Assembly: GCA_964583985.1 (NCBI GenBank)
Contig: CAZOYD010000001.1
Coordinates: 1-35,431 of the forward strand
DNA length: 35,431 nucleotides
Source: an uncultured archaeon
Lineage (GTDB): Archaea > Asgardarchaeota > Lokiarchaeia > Sigyniarchaeales > SOKP01
Reading direction: 5' to 3'
A program made the translations under genes and the position numbers. Shown here in pieces: positions 17,789-28,347 of this stretch. Position 1 is the first letter of the stretch; the number at the start of each line of letters is the position of its first letter. A model generated the notes under the pieces. That model saw only the letters and a program-made list of their open reading frames with translations. It made no database searches and was not told the origin of the DNA.

Positions 17789-20700
17789 ATGGAAAAAGTA
17801 GGAGCAGTGTTAGTTGTTGGTGCTGGGATTGGAGGATCACAAGCAGCCTTAGATTTAGGTAATGCGGGATATAAAGTATATTTAATTGAATCCAGCACAA
17901 GTATCGGGGGAGTCATGGCTCAGTTAGATAAAACATTTCCTACAAACGATTGTGCCATGTGTATTGTGAGTCCTAAGCTTGTAGAAACAGGTCGCCATCA
18001 AAATATTGATTTAAGTATTAATGTAGTAATTGAAAATGTTTCTGGTGATATAGGAAATTTTACTATAAGGATTCGTAAGAAATCCCTTTACGTAAATTTA
18101 GATAAATGTACTGGATGTGGTGTTTGCGGTCAAAAATGTCCGGTCGAAGCAATTGATATTTTTAATGAAGGGGTTGCTACTGTTAAAGCCACGTCTGTTA
18201 AGTATCCCCAAGCCGTTCCACTTGTATATTCAATTAATAAAGAGTATTGTATTGGATGTGGTGTTTGTGAAGGAGTTTGCAAAGCAGGAGCGGTAGAATA
18301 TGATTTACAGGATCAAATAATTGACTTGAATGTAGGTGCCATTATATTATCACCAGGATTTGATGAATATGTTCCAGAAGTGGCTAATAAATATGGCTAT
18401 GGTAAATACAAAAACGTGGTTACTAGCATTGAATTTGAGAGAATATTAAGTGCTAGCGGTCCTTATGCAGGGAAAATTTTACGCCCATCAGATGGTGATA
18501 TCCCTGAAAAAGTCGCATTTCTTCAATGTGTTGGTTCTAGAGATCTTAGAGAAGGGCAACCTTATTGTTCTTCCGTATGCTGCATGTATACCTGTAAAGA
18601 AGCTGTTATTGCTAAAGAACACATGGCTCAAGTTAATCCAACTATTTTTAGCATGGATATCAGGGCATATGGAAAAGATTTTGACAAATATATCATCCAT
18701 GCCCAAGAGGCATATGGTGTTCGGTACATTAGAAGCCGAATTTCGTCAATCTCAGAAGATCCTAAGACTCAAAATTTAATCTTAAAATACGAAACTGAAG
18801 ATGGAAAGATCGTTTCAGAAATTTTTAACATGGTTGTTTTAGCAGTAGGATTGAACTACCCTAAAGATGCTGAATATTTAGCAGAAAAATTTGGCATAGA
18901 ATTAAATGAATATAAATTTGCTAAAACAGACATTTTTAATCCCGTGCAAACTTCAAAACCGGGTATTTTCACTTGTGGAGCTTTTCAATCACCAAAAGAT
19001 ATTCCTGAGACCGTAACGCAAGCAAGTGCGGCGGCAGGCTGTGTAAATCAATTATTATACACAGAAATAGGTAAATTAATTACTGAGAAAAGTTTACCTC
19101 CGGAAATATTTGTAGCAGGTCAACCACCTAGAATTGGAGTGTTTATTTGTCATTGTGGGATTAACATTGGTGGTTATGTGGATGTTCCCCAAGTGACAAA
19201 ATATGCAAGTAATCTCCCGAATGTGGTATTAGCAGATCGTAATCTCTATACTTGTTCAGCAGACACTCAAACTATAATAAAAAATAAAATTGGAGAATTT
19301 GCTCTCAATCGAGTTATTGTTGCATCTTGTACTCCAAGAACTCATGAACCATTATTCCAAGAAACAATAAGAGAAGCGGGTCTAAATAGGTATTTGTTCC
19401 AAATGGCAAATATTAGGGATCAGTGTTCTTGGGTTCATATGCACCAACCAAAAGAAGCTACCCAAAAAGCCAAAGATTTGGTAAGAATGGCTGTAAATAA
19501 GGCTCGTAACATACAACCGTTGGAGAGAATTAAATTAAGTGTTACTAAAAAAGCGCTCGTAATAGGTGGGGGGATAAGTGGAATGGTGGCAGCTTTAAAT
19601 TTTGCTAATCAAGAATATGAAACTGCATTGGTTGAAAAAGAAAGGGATTTAGGAGGGCATGCACGGCATATTTTTACTACCCTTGAAGGAGGAAATGTTC
19701 AAGATTATTTATCAGATTTAATAGAAAAAGTAAATTCAAATGAGAATTTACACGTTTACACTCAAGCAGAAATAGAAAATATTGAAGGATTTATTGGTAA
19801 TTTTAAAACAACACTATATTATGGAGATAATAAAGATAAGGTTGAGTTTGATCATGGTGTTGTTGTTGTAGCTACGGGAGCTCACGAGTATGAGCCAAAT
19901 AATTATCTTTATGGAAAAAATGATTTAGTAATTAAGCAATCGGACTTTGAAAAGTTGTTAAATACTTCTGATAAAGTTAAAGCGAAGAAATCGATTGTAA
20001 TGGTTCAATGTGTTGGCTCAAGAGATGAGGAACACCCTTATTGTAGCAAAATGTGCTGTGCGGAAGCTATTAAAAATGCAATTGCAACTAAAGAAAAATA
20101 TCCAAATATCAATATTACTATTTTATTCAGAGATATCAGGACTTATGGCTTTAAAGAAAAATATTATCGTAAAGCGAGAGAATTAGGAATATTATTTATG
20201 AGGTTTGATGAAAAAAATCAACCTAAAGTGGTTTCAAAAGGCTCTCAATTACAAATTGAAGTTTTCACTCCAAGAAAAGATACTGTCTATATTGATTGTG
20301 ATTTGTTAGTACTTAGTGCGGGTATATTTCAAAATCGGGAGGAAAATGAAGAGCTTGCTAAAATGTTAAAAGTACCACTAAATGATGATAGTTTCTTTTT
20401 GGAAGCTCATGTTAAATTGCGTCCCGTTGATTTTGCTACGGAGGGTGTATTCGTAGCGGGATTAGCACATTGCCCAAAACCAATAGAAGACTCAATTTCT
20501 CAAGCGAATGCGGCTGTTTCGAGAGCATGTACAATTCTCTCAAAGGATGAAATTGAAGCGGAAGGAAAAACTGCTGTTGTTAATATTACAAGATGTACTG
20601 GATGCGGGATGTGCGTAGAAAATTGTGCATATAATGCTATTGAAATAATCGAAGATAGAAGATTCGGTACCGTTGCTTCAATAAACCAAGCCCTCTGCAA

Positions 20701-20800
20701 AGGATGTGGAGCATGTTCAGGAAATTGTAGATGCGCTGCTATTGATGTGTTGGGTTTTTCAAGTGAACAAATATTTGCAATGATAGGAGGGAGGTTATAA
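17789..20800 (+). CDS. hdrA: large double-FAD HdrA-like protein (1003 aa)
   Basis: Paralog of 13997-17026 with all Cys motifs intact. Confidence 0.93.
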   Translation: MEKVGAVLVVGAGIGGSQAALDLGNAGYKVYLIESSTSIGGVMAQLDKTFPTNDCAMCIVSPKLVETGRHQNIDLSINVVIENVSGDIGNFTIRIRKKSLYVNLDKCTGCGVCGQKCPVEAIDIFNEGVATVKATSVKYPQAVPLVYSINKEYCIGCGVCEGVCKAGAVEYDLQDQIIDLNVGAIILSPGFDEYVPEVANKYGYGKYKNVVTSIEFERILSASGPYAGKILRPSDGDIPEKVAFLQCVGSRDLREGQPYCSSVCCMYTCKEAVIAKEHMAQVNPTIFSMDIRAYGKDFDKYIIHAQEAYGVRYIRSRISSISEDPKTQNLILKYETEDGKIVSEIFNMVVLAVGLNYPKDAEYLAEKFGIELNEYKFAKTDIFNPVQTSKPGIFTCGAFQSPKDIPETVTQASAAAGCVNQLLYTEIGKLITEKSLPPEIFVAGQPPRIGVFICHCGINIGGYVDVPQVTKYASNLPNVVLADRNLYTCSADTQTIIKNKIGEFALNRVIVASCTPRTHEPLFQETIREAGLNRYLFQMANIRDQCSWVHMHQPKEATQKAKDLVRMAVNKARNIQPLERIKLSVTKKALVIGGGISGMVAALNFANQEYETALVEKERDLGGHARHIFTTLEGGNVQDYLSDLIEKVNSNENLHVYTQAEIENIEGFIGNFKTTLYYGDNKDKVEFDHGVVVVATGAHEYEPNNYLYGKNDLVIKQSDFEKLLNTSDKVKAKKSIVMVQCVGSRDEEHPYCSKMCCAEAIKNAIATKEKYPNINITILFRDIRTYGFKEKYYRKARELGILFMRFDEKNQPKVVSKGSQLQIEVFTPRKDTVYIDCDLLVLSAGIFQNREENEELAKMLKVPLNDDSFFLEAHVKLRPVDFATEGVFVAGLAHCPKPIEDSISQANAAVSRACTILSKDEIEAEGKTAVVNITRCTGCGMCVENCAYNAIEIIEDRRFGTVASINQALCKGCGACSGNCRCAAIDVLGFSSEQIFAMIGGRL

Positions 20801-20805
20801 AAAAA

Positions 20806-21258
20806 ATGACCGTGCAGACAGAACAAGATATAAAAGTAAATGAGAAGTGGGAACCGAAAATTATTGCATTTCTATGTAATTGGTGTTCTTATGCGGGCGC
20901 AGATTTAGCAGGTGTGAGCAGAATTCAATATCCACCCAGTATTAGGATTGTAAGAGTCCCGTGTTCCGGTAGAATAAATCCTTTTTTTATAGTAAAAGCA
21001 CTATTAGAAGGATGGGATGGAGTTTTAGTTTCTGGCTGTCATCCGGGAGATTGCCATTATTTAACCGGAAATTTAGTAGCAAGGAGAAGATTTGGAATTT
21101 TAAAAGATTTGTTAGAATTCTTTGGTATTGAACCAGATAGAGTTAGTTTTATGTGGGCCTCCGCTGCTGAAGGCGAACGTTTTGCAAGCTTAATAAAGAA
21201 AACCACTAAATTAGTTAAAAAACTGGGACCAAATAAAAAATTTGAAAAAAATTGGTGA
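20806..21258 (+). CDS. mvhD: stand-alone MvhD (FlxD-like)
   Basis: CNWCSYAGADLAG, PCSGRI, GCHPGDCHY, WASAAEG. Confidence 0.92.
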   Translation: MTVQTEQDIKVNEKWEPKIIAFLCNWCSYAGADLAGVSRIQYPPSIRIVRVPCSGRINPFFIVKALLEGWDGVLVSGCHPGDCHYLTGNLVARRRFGILKDLLEFFGIEPDRVSFMWASAAEGERFASLIKKTTKLVKKLGPNKKFEKNW

Positions 21259-21265
21259 GATAAAA

Positions 21266-22282
21266 ATGAAAGATATTGAATTAAAAAACCAAGAAATTGA
21301 AAATACAATAAAAGATTTAGCAAAAAATTTACTTAAAGATCGAAAAGTTGATATGATTATTGGATATACGAAGGGAACGGTCCCCTTAAGCTCTTCTCCA
21401 ATTTTCATTACGAGAGAAGAAGATATTGATAAACTAATATGGAATAATTTATGTTATGCTAATTTAGCAAAGTACTTAGCGCCTAGAGGTCCCATACTTT
21501 ACAATAAAGAGGGACAAGAAATAAAGGTGGGCATTATCGCAAAAGGATGTGTTGGAAGAGCTATAATTCACTTAACTGTTGAAAATCAAATTAATCTTGA
21601 AAATATTAAAATGATTGGAATTCTATGTAATGGAATTATAAATCGAAAAAGAATCGAGAAGGAAATTGGAGAAAGAGAAATATTAGAAACATCTGTGATG
21701 GGGAAAAACATCATCGTTAAGGGATGTGATTTTGAAGAAACATTTCCTTTCGATGATTACATGAATGAATTATGTAAAAAATGCAAAGTTAAATCTCCTC
21801 CTAAAGTTGCTGATTCTTGTGTAGGAGAATGCTTAGAGAGCCCCCCACTTATTGAAGATGATTTTAACGATATTTCTGATTTTGAATCTAAAACTTCTGA
21901 AGAAAAGTGGGATCTTATAAAAGAGACTCTAAGCACATGTACGAGATGCTATGCTTGTAGAGAAGCGTGCCCGATGTGTTATTGCAGTCTATGCTTTGTG
22001 GATCAAAACAAGCCCATTTGGTTTGGAAAAACAACTGATTTTACAGATATTTTTGCGTTTCATTTTAATAGAGCAATGCATTTAGCAGGTAGATGTGTTG
22101 CTTGTGGTGCTTGCAGTAGTGTTTGCCCCATGGGCATAGATTTGAATTTTATAACGAGGAAATTAGAGAAAATTGTAAAAGAAAAGTTCAATTTTACTTC
22201 AGGTATAGATAAAGAAACGCTACCTCCAATGATGACGTTTAGAATGGATGATAATGAAGAATTTATGATGGAAGAGGATTAA
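21266..22282 (+). CDS. FlxC-like / FdhB-like Fe-S protein
   Basis: WNNLCYANLAKY, KGC, CTRCYACREACPMCYC, AMHLAGRCVACGACSSVCP; GGTGA RBS before ATG 21266. Confidence 0.8.
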   Translation: MKDIELKNQEIENTIKDLAKNLLKDRKVDMIIGYTKGTVPLSSSPIFITREEDIDKLIWNNLCYANLAKYLAPRGPILYNKEGQEIKVGIIAKGCVGRAIIHLTVENQINLENIKMIGILCNGIINRKRIEKEIGEREILETSVMGKNIIVKGCDFEETFPFDDYMNELCKKCKVKSPPKVADSCVGECLESPPLIEDDFNDISDFESKTSEEKWDLIKETLSTCTRCYACREACPMCYCSLCFVDQNKPIWFGKTTDFTDIFAFHFNRAMHLAGRCVACGACSSVCPMGIDLNFITRKLEKIVKEKFNFTSGIDKETLPPMMTFRMDDNEEFMMEED

Positions 22283-22283
22283 T

Positions 22284-23345
22284 ATGCAAGAAATGATTTT
22301 AATGAAAGACCAAGTTGCAAAGTTATTTACTGAATTATCAGAAGAGTATAATGTCTTTGCTCCCATCAAAGATAATGGTTATATTGCTTATAGAAAAATT
22401 ACAAATGTGGAAGAAATTGAATTCGACTATTTCAATTCCAAAATCCCGCCAAAAGAAATTTTGTTTCCACAGATGGAAGTTCTTTTTGAATATAAAACTG
22501 ATGGTAAAAATGTAATAGAGATTGAAGATAGAAAAGATTTAGATGAGAAAAATTTACTTTTTGGCATAAGACCATGTGATGCTCATAGTTTTGTTCTTTT
22601 AGAACAATTTTTTGCTTTTGGGAATTACCAAGATGAAATTTTTCTAAAAAAAAAAGAAAATTCAATAATAGTAGGAATTGGGTGCAACTCTCCAAAAAGC
22701 ACGTGTTTTTGCACCTCAGTAAATGGATATCCTTTTCAAAAAGATGATATGGATATCTTCCTCGTTGATCTAGGTGATAAATATTTAGTAGAAGCTGTAA
22801 GTGATAAAGGTAGAGAATTAATTCAAAGATTTGCATGGCTTTCAAAAGCCTCTAAAGCAGATGTGAAAAAAGGACAAGAACTAGCCAAGAAAGCTGAAGA
22901 TTTAATAACTACAAAATTAGACCTAACTAACACTAGTGAATGTTTAGAAAGTAATTTTAGCAACAAGATTTGGGAAGAGATTAGCGAAAATTGTTTAGGG
23001 TGTGGATCATGCTCATTTCTTTGCCCTACTTGCACTTGTTTTGATGTTATTGATGAGAATGCTCAATATGAGAATCGTGGTAGAAGAATAAGAATCTGGG
23101 ATACTTGCCAATTCTGTCTTTATACTCTCCATACTAGCGGTCACAATCCCCGCAATAGTTCTATTGAACGATGTCGAAATCGTGTGTTACACAAATTTAG
23201 TTATTATCCAATAAATTATGGTTTAATTGGGTGCGTGGGATGTGGAAGATGCATCCAAGCATGCCCAGTTAATAATGATCTTAGAGAAATAATAAAGAAA
23301 ATAAATAACATAAAGACTAAAGAGGAGGAAAATATCATTGCCTAA
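22284..23345 (+). CDS. FlxB-like (AsrA/HydB family) Fe-S protein
   Basis: GIRPCD, CFCTS, CLGCGSCSFLCPTCTCF, WDTC, GHNPR, HKF, CVGCGRCIQACP. Confidence 0.85.
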   Translation: MQEMILMKDQVAKLFTELSEEYNVFAPIKDNGYIAYRKITNVEEIEFDYFNSKIPPKEILFPQMEVLFEYKTDGKNVIEIEDRKDLDEKNLLFGIRPCDAHSFVLLEQFFAFGNYQDEIFLKKKENSIIVGIGCNSPKSTCFCTSVNGYPFQKDDMDIFLVDLGDKYLVEAVSDKGRELIQRFAWLSKASKADVKKGQELAKKAEDLITTKLDLTNTSECLESNFSNKIWEEISENCLGCGSCSFLCPTCTCFDVIDENAQYENRGRRIRIWDTCQFCLYTLHTSGHNPRNSSIERCRNRVLHKFSYYPINYGLIGCVGCGRCIQACPVNNDLREIIKKINNIKTKEEENIIA

Positions 23346-24177
23346 TCCTTACATCCCGATGTTGACCATAATAAAAAGTATTGTTTCTGAAAATCAAGCT
23401 AATGATATCAAAACTCTTGAACTTGAATTTAAAAATGAAGAAGATTATAATAAATTCAATTATATTCCTGGACAGTTCGCTGAGATAAGTTTAATAGGAA
23501 AAGGTGAATCGCCTATAGGAATTGCGTCTTCTCCGACTGAAGAAGGTACGATTAAATTTACCATAAAAAAGATGGGAACCGTAACATCGGGATTTCACGA
23601 TTGCAATATCGGAGATGTTATAGGTGTGAGAGGCCCTTTTGGAAACGGTTGGCCTGTTGAAGATATGAAGGGAAAGGATATTGTAGTTATCGGTGGAGGG
23701 TTCGCGTTTTCCACTTTAAGATCACTGATTACTTACTTGTTAAACGAAAATCATAGAAAGGATTACGAGAAAATCACTGTAATATATGGAAATCGCGACC
23801 CAGGTGAAGTACTCTATCGTGATATTTTAGAAGAATGGAAAAAACACGATAATATTGAAGTGGTTTTAACCATCGATCGTGAAGTAGAAGGGTGGAAAGA
23901 TAAAGTTGGTTTCGTAGCACCTATAGTTAAAGAAGTTGGACCTTCCTCGGATAATGCTATAGCTGTAGTGTGTGGTCCCCCAATCATGATAAAAACAACG
24001 ATAGCAGTTCTAGAAGAATTAAAATTTAAAGATGAACAGATTTTAAATTCATTAGAAATGAGGATGAAATGTGGAATTGGAAAATGTGGGAGATGTAATA
24101 TTGGAAATAAATATGTTTGTATCGATGGTCCCGTGTTTTCCTTGGCAGAGCTTAAAAAATTGCCAGCTGAATATTAA
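23338..24177 (+). CDS. FlxA-like (AsrB/HydG/PyrK family) FAD/NAD(P)-binding [2Fe-2S] oxidoreductase
   Basis: PGQF, RGPFGNG, GGG, CGPPIM, LEMRMKCGIGKCGRC, CIDGPVF. Confidence 0.88.
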   Translation: MPNPYIPMLTIIKSIVSENQANDIKTLELEFKNEEDYNKFNYIPGQFAEISLIGKGESPIGIASSPTEEGTIKFTIKKMGTVTSGFHDCNIGDVIGVRGPFGNGWPVEDMKGKDIVVIGGGFAFSTLRSLITYLLNENHRKDYEKITVIYGNRDPGEVLYRDILEEWKKHDNIEVVLTIDREVEGWKDKVGFVAPIVKEVGPSSDNAIAVVCGPPIMIKTTIAVLEELKFKDEQILNSLEMRMKCGIGKCGRCNIGNKYVCIDGPVFSLAELKKLPAEY

Positions 24178-24225
24178 AAAATTAAATATATTTCAAATAA
24201 AAATAAGAAAAAGGTAATTGAAAAA

Positions 24226-25338
24226 ATGATAGAGGAAATTTTACCAAAATCATTCGATGATTTAATAAAAGATGTTCATGAACTTGGAATCTGCGGAGAA
24301 TGTGGGGGATGCGTGAGCTTTTGTTCAGCACACGAGATAAAAGCGATTGAAATGTCTGAATCAGGTCCTCCAAGATATTATAATAAAGATAATTGCTTAA
24401 AATGTGGTATTTGTTATTTAATTTGCCCCCAAACTCACGTCTTGGATAAGGAATTAAATGAGAAATACAATTATAAGGTATCCATCGGTAACTGGTTAAA
24501 AATCACTACAAATCGAGCCAGTTCGAAGGAAATTTTAAAGAACGCGACTGATGGAGGTTCGGTCACTGCCATTCTTAATTATTTGTTAGATCATAACTTA
24601 ATAAATGGGGCAATTGTTTCTAAAAAAGAAGTCCCGTTTAATAGAGTGCCATTCTTTGCAACAACTAAGGAAGAACTAATTGAAGCCGCAGGATCTCACT
24701 ATGATTTATCTCAAGGTGTTGTTGGTTTAGAAAAGTATAATACGTTCATTCCTACAATTACGAAACTAAAAAATGTTGTTAACTCTGATATGATGAACAT
24801 AGCTGTCGTTGGTACTCCTTGCCAGATCATGTCTATTCGAAAAATGCAAGAATTGAGTATCTTGCCTGCTCATATAATAAAATACACTTTAGGGCTCTTT
24901 TGTAATTTAAATTTTTCCTTCAGTAGCGAGGGAAGAAAAGAATTGGAGGAAGAATTTCATTTCTCCTTCAACGATGTTGAAAAAATGAATATCAAAGAAG
25001 ATTTGATAATAACACTTCACAATCAAAAAACCATCCACATCGATTTTGATGAATTAGGAAGAATTACAAGAGCTGCTTGTTATGCTTGCCGAGACTTCTC
25101 CAATGTATATGCAGACATATCGTTTGGAGGTTTAGGATCGAAAGATGGATTCACATCCACAATTGTAAGGACTAAAATTGGTGAAAAAATTTATAACAAT
25201 GCTTTAAAAGAAGGTTATATTAAAGAACCAAATGAATTTAATACATCAATCAAAAAATCGGAAACATTGGCTAAAATAATAGGTTTCGGTAAACGGAAAT
25301 ACGAAAGATATGTAAAGTCGATGAAAGAAAGATTATAA
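24226..25338 (+). CDS. FrhB-family (F420-binding beta subunit) protein with an N-terminal ferredoxin
   Basis: CGECGGCVSFC, CLKCGICYLICP, DGGSVT, AAGSHY, VGTPCQ, GLFC, CYACRDF, ADISFG. Confidence 0.87.
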   Translation: MIEEILPKSFDDLIKDVHELGICGECGGCVSFCSAHEIKAIEMSESGPPRYYNKDNCLKCGICYLICPQTHVLDKELNEKYNYKVSIGNWLKITTNRASSKEILKNATDGGSVTAILNYLLDHNLINGAIVSKKEVPFNRVPFFATTKEELIEAAGSHYDLSQGVVGLEKYNTFIPTITKLKNVVNSDMMNIAVVGTPCQIMSIRKMQELSILPAHIIKYTLGLFCNLNFSFSSEGRKELEEEFHFSFNDVEKMNIKEDLIITLHNQKTIHIDFDELGRITRAACYACRDFSNVYADISFGGLGSKDGFTSTIVRTKIGEKIYNNALKEGYIKEPNEFNTSIKKSETLAKIIGFGKRKYERYVKSMKERL

Positions 25339-25381
25339 TAAGCAATTTTAATTTCTATTTTTTTTTATCTTTACCTATTAC

Positions 25382-25456
25382 CTATTGAGGTTCTATTTCC
25401 TTATACTCTCGTCTGGTGACCCACATATGAAATTTTTTGATCTCTCTTTCGTTCAA
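25382..25456 (-). pseudogene. diverged duplicate of the actin 3' end (fragment or micro-ORF)
   Basis: 25385-25426 encodes [14 protein letters not shown] versus actin [14 protein letters not shown] (25564-25605); 34/42 nt identical. Confidence 0.75.
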
Positions 25457-25542
25457 GAAAAAATTACTCAAAAAAAAGAAAGAAAATAAAAAACTTTAAT
25501 TTAAAAAAATGTTTTTGAAATTATGTAAAGGAGATCCCCCGA

Positions 25543-26688
25543 TTAGAAGCATCGGTGAATCACTTGCGGTCCCATCTCCTTATATTCACGTCGTGTGACC
25601 CACATACGATGGAAAGTCTTTAAGGAGCTCAAGATTGACCCACCAATCCATACAGAATACATACGTTCTGGAGGAGCAATGATTTTGACATCAACGGATT
25701 CTGGAATCTGTTCTTTGATTTCTTTGGTCAAACGTTCCTTAATACCTGGGAACATAGTAGATCCACCAGAAAGCACGATGTTGCTGTAGAGATCTCGGCG
25801 TAAGTCAACGTCACACTCTGAAATAGCGCCAACAATAACGTCATCTAAAGGTTCTAATTCTTTTCCTATCACAGATGGGTTAAAGAAGCATTCAGGTGCT
25901 AAAAATCGTTCTACGCCAACGTTGATGGTCTCACCGTCAGGAAGCATGTAACTTTTCTCCATTCCCGCGACTTTCTTGCTCAACATCATTTCCTTTTCAG
26001 GGTCGATGGCACAATAACATAGTTTCTCCTTTATATCTCTCACAATCTCTTTTTCTGCCGAGGTTGTGAATGAGTAGCCTTTTTGCCTGAGTAATCTCTG
26101 TAGATATGTGGTAATATCTCGACCAGCGAGGTCAATTCTTTGGATTGCGTGGCTTAATGCAAAGCCTTCAAAGATTGGTACTACGTGAGAAACTCCATCT
26201 CCAATATCTATTACACATCCAGTAGTACGACCAGAGGCATATAGGGACAAGACAGCTTGCATTGCTACGTAAAGCGCGGGAACGTTGAAAGTTTCAAACA
26301 TAATTTCAGCCATTTTTTCCCGATTAGGTCTTGGATTCAATGGGGCTTCAGTTAAAAGAACGGGATGTTCACTTGGGTCGATTCTTAGGTCGGTGTAGAA
26401 AGTATAGTGCCAGATTTTTTCCATTGCTGTCCAATCTTCGATGATACCATGTTCTACAGGGAACATTAATTTTAAGACACCCTTGAGTTGCATTGCTTCT
26501 TCACCGATATAATATTCTCGAGTATAATGTTCGACATCTGTCATTATGGACTCATATTTTGGGTATCCAATGAGAGTTGGGAACACTGATCGAGGTTGAT
26601 CTTCACCAGCGAAACCGTTTTTAGAGATACCAGTACCATTATCAACAACCAAGGCTTTGGCATTTAAAAAAGATTCTTCTTCTGCCAT
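25543..26688 (-). CDS. actin homolog (lokiactin type)
   Basis: [74 protein letters not shown]-terminal HRCF. Confidence 0.97.
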   Translation of the reverse strand: MAEEESFLNAKALVVDNGTGISKNGFAGEDQPRSVFPTLIGYPKYESIMTDVEHYTREYYIGEEAMQLKGVLKLMFPVEHGIIEDWTAMEKIWHYTFYTDLRIDPSEHPVLLTEAPLNPRPNREKMAEIMFETFNVPALYVAMQAVLSLYASGRTTGCVIDIGDGVSHVVPIFEGFALSHAIQRIDLAGRDITTYLQRLLRQKGYSFTTSAEKEIVRDIKEKLCYCAIDPEKEMMLSKKVAGMEKSYMLPDGETINVGVERFLAPECFFNPSVIGKELEPLDDVIVGAISECDVDLRRDLYSNIVLSGGSTMFPGIKERLTKEIKEQIPESVDVKIIAPPERMYSVWIGGSILSSLKTFHRMWVTRREYKEMGPQVIHRCF

Positions 26689-26736
26689 ATTTCGTTTTCA
26701 GCTCTTATTTTTATTTATTATATGTTTGAGTTAATT

Positions 26737-26744
26737 TATATAAA
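26737..26744 (-). promoter_or_regulatory. TATA box of the actin gene
   Basis: TTTATATA on the minus strand about 50 nt upstream of the ATG. Confidence 0.5.
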
Positions 26745-27131
26745 AATTCATATTTTAATACCAAGCGTAATTTTTAGTATTTAATTTTAACTCGTTTTTG
26801 TTATTAAAATCTTAGTGATAACAAATTAAGACTAAAATTATAATCGGTTAAATAAATATAAATGTTGAGAAAACAAAAAATTTTTCACCTTGTAATGGAT
26901 AACAGTTAAATCTAAGAAGTAACACAAATGAAATTTTTTGAATCAACAAATAATACCTATTGGATGTTAAATCGTATTTTAAACGATCTTCCGCTCATAA
27001 TCGAATAATTTTGAGTAGTATAGAATTATAATATAGAATATTTTATTTTATCGACATTGCATTTTGTTTTTGAGTATTTTTTATTTAAAAGCCAAAATTT
27101 AATTTATGAGAAAAGATATAAATACTTAGTG

Positions 27132-28244
27132 ATGAGTGAGACAGATACTAAGGCAGTTCAGAAGAGAATCAGTATTTTGGAGAAAGAAAATCGACTTCTC
27201 AAGCAAGAGATTGAATCATACAAGCAATATGTAGAAAATTTGAAATCAAAACCTCTCATTATTGGTTCTGTTGAGAGAATTTTGAATGATGGGAGAATTG
27301 TAGTTTCTCATTCTCCAGGCAATAGAGTATTACTTCCTGCTAGTTCCTTGATTACTCCAATTGCAGGAGACTCTGTGACATTGCATGGACAGACTTTTCA
27401 GATAATAGAAATTCTTTCGCGTAAGATAAGGGGGCGAGTAGCATCAATGGAATTGATAGAGATGCCATCCGAGACTTTTGAAGATATAGGTGGTTTGGAT
27501 GACCAAATTCAAGCCATACGGGAAGTGATTGAATTACCATTGCTTCATCCGGATCTTTTTGAGAAGATCGGCATCGATCCTCCTTCTGGAGCCCTTCTCT
27601 CGGGACCTCCTGGAACGGGTAAGACTTTATTAGCGAAAGCTATCGCGAATTCTACACATGCAAGATTCATTCATTTGGTTGGATCTGATTTGGTTCAGAA
27701 ATTTATTGGGGAAGGTTCTCGGATGGTTAGAGAAGTTTTTGTTTTAGCCAAGGAAAACGTCCCAGCGATCATTTTTATTGATGAAATCGATGCTATAGCT
27801 GTGAAACGGACGGATGATGTATATAAAGGTGATAGAGAAGTACAACGAACTTTCATGCAATTATTGAGTGAATTAGATGGTTTTGCGAATACTGAAGGGA
27901 TAATGTTTTTAGCGGCAACAAATCGAGAAGATGTGCTTGATCCAGCAATATTGAGACCTGGTCGTTTTGATCGAATAATCAGATTTAATTTACCGAATGA
28001 AACTGCTAGATTAATGATACTTCAAATTCATACTAGAAGGATGAATTTAAAAAATGTGGACTTGAAAATCATTGCAAAAAAGACTGACGGTTTTAGTGGG
28101 GCTCAATTAAAGGCTTTGTGTACAGAATCAGGAATGCTCGGTCTCAGGGAGGGTAAAACAGAAGTGACACAAGAGTTATTTGAGAGATCTATCATTGATT
28201 TCTTAGATAAGGAGCATTCTGTTAAAGAGTATATTTATACGTGA
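27132..28244 (+). CDS. pan: proteasome-activating nucleotidase (AAA+ ATPase)
   Basis: N-terminal coiled coil and OB region, DIGGL, GPPGTGKT, KFIGEG, IFIDEID, DPAILRPGRFDR, C-terminal HbYX (IYT). ATG 27132 preferred. Confidence 0.92.
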   Translation: MSETDTKAVQKRISILEKENRLLKQEIESYKQYVENLKSKPLIIGSVERILNDGRIVVSHSPGNRVLLPASSLITPIAGDSVTLHGQTFQIIEILSRKIRGRVASMELIEMPSETFEDIGGLDDQIQAIREVIELPLLHPDLFEKIGIDPPSGALLSGPPGTGKTLLAKAIANSTHARFIHLVGSDLVQKFIGEGSRMVREVFVLAKENVPAIIFIDEIDAIAVKRTDDVYKGDREVQRTFMQLLSELDGFANTEGIMFLAATNREDVLDPAILRPGRFDRIIRFNLPNETARLMILQIHTRRMNLKNVDLKIIAKKTDGFSGAQLKALCTESGMLGLREGKTEVTQELFERSIIDFLDKEHSVKEYIYT

Positions 28245-28347
28245 TTTAAGAGTAGTTGGAATTTTATTTTCAATTGAGAGTTAATTTTTTTTTAAGGATG
28301 AAGATCAATTTATCAATTAAAAAATTTAATCATCGCGAGATTTTGGT

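Noticed and set aside
8791-25338. Selenocysteine recoding in HdrA/MvhD, which are known selenoprotein families in Lokiarchaeia
   Set aside because: All conserved positions are Cys codons and the ORFs are full length. TGA occurs only at natural termini adjacent to the next gene's start or RBS.
26800-27050. ORF or ncRNA between actin and pan (ATCGT/ACGAT hairpin near 26971-26987)
   Set aside because: Frames close quickly and a single short stem is not enough evidence.
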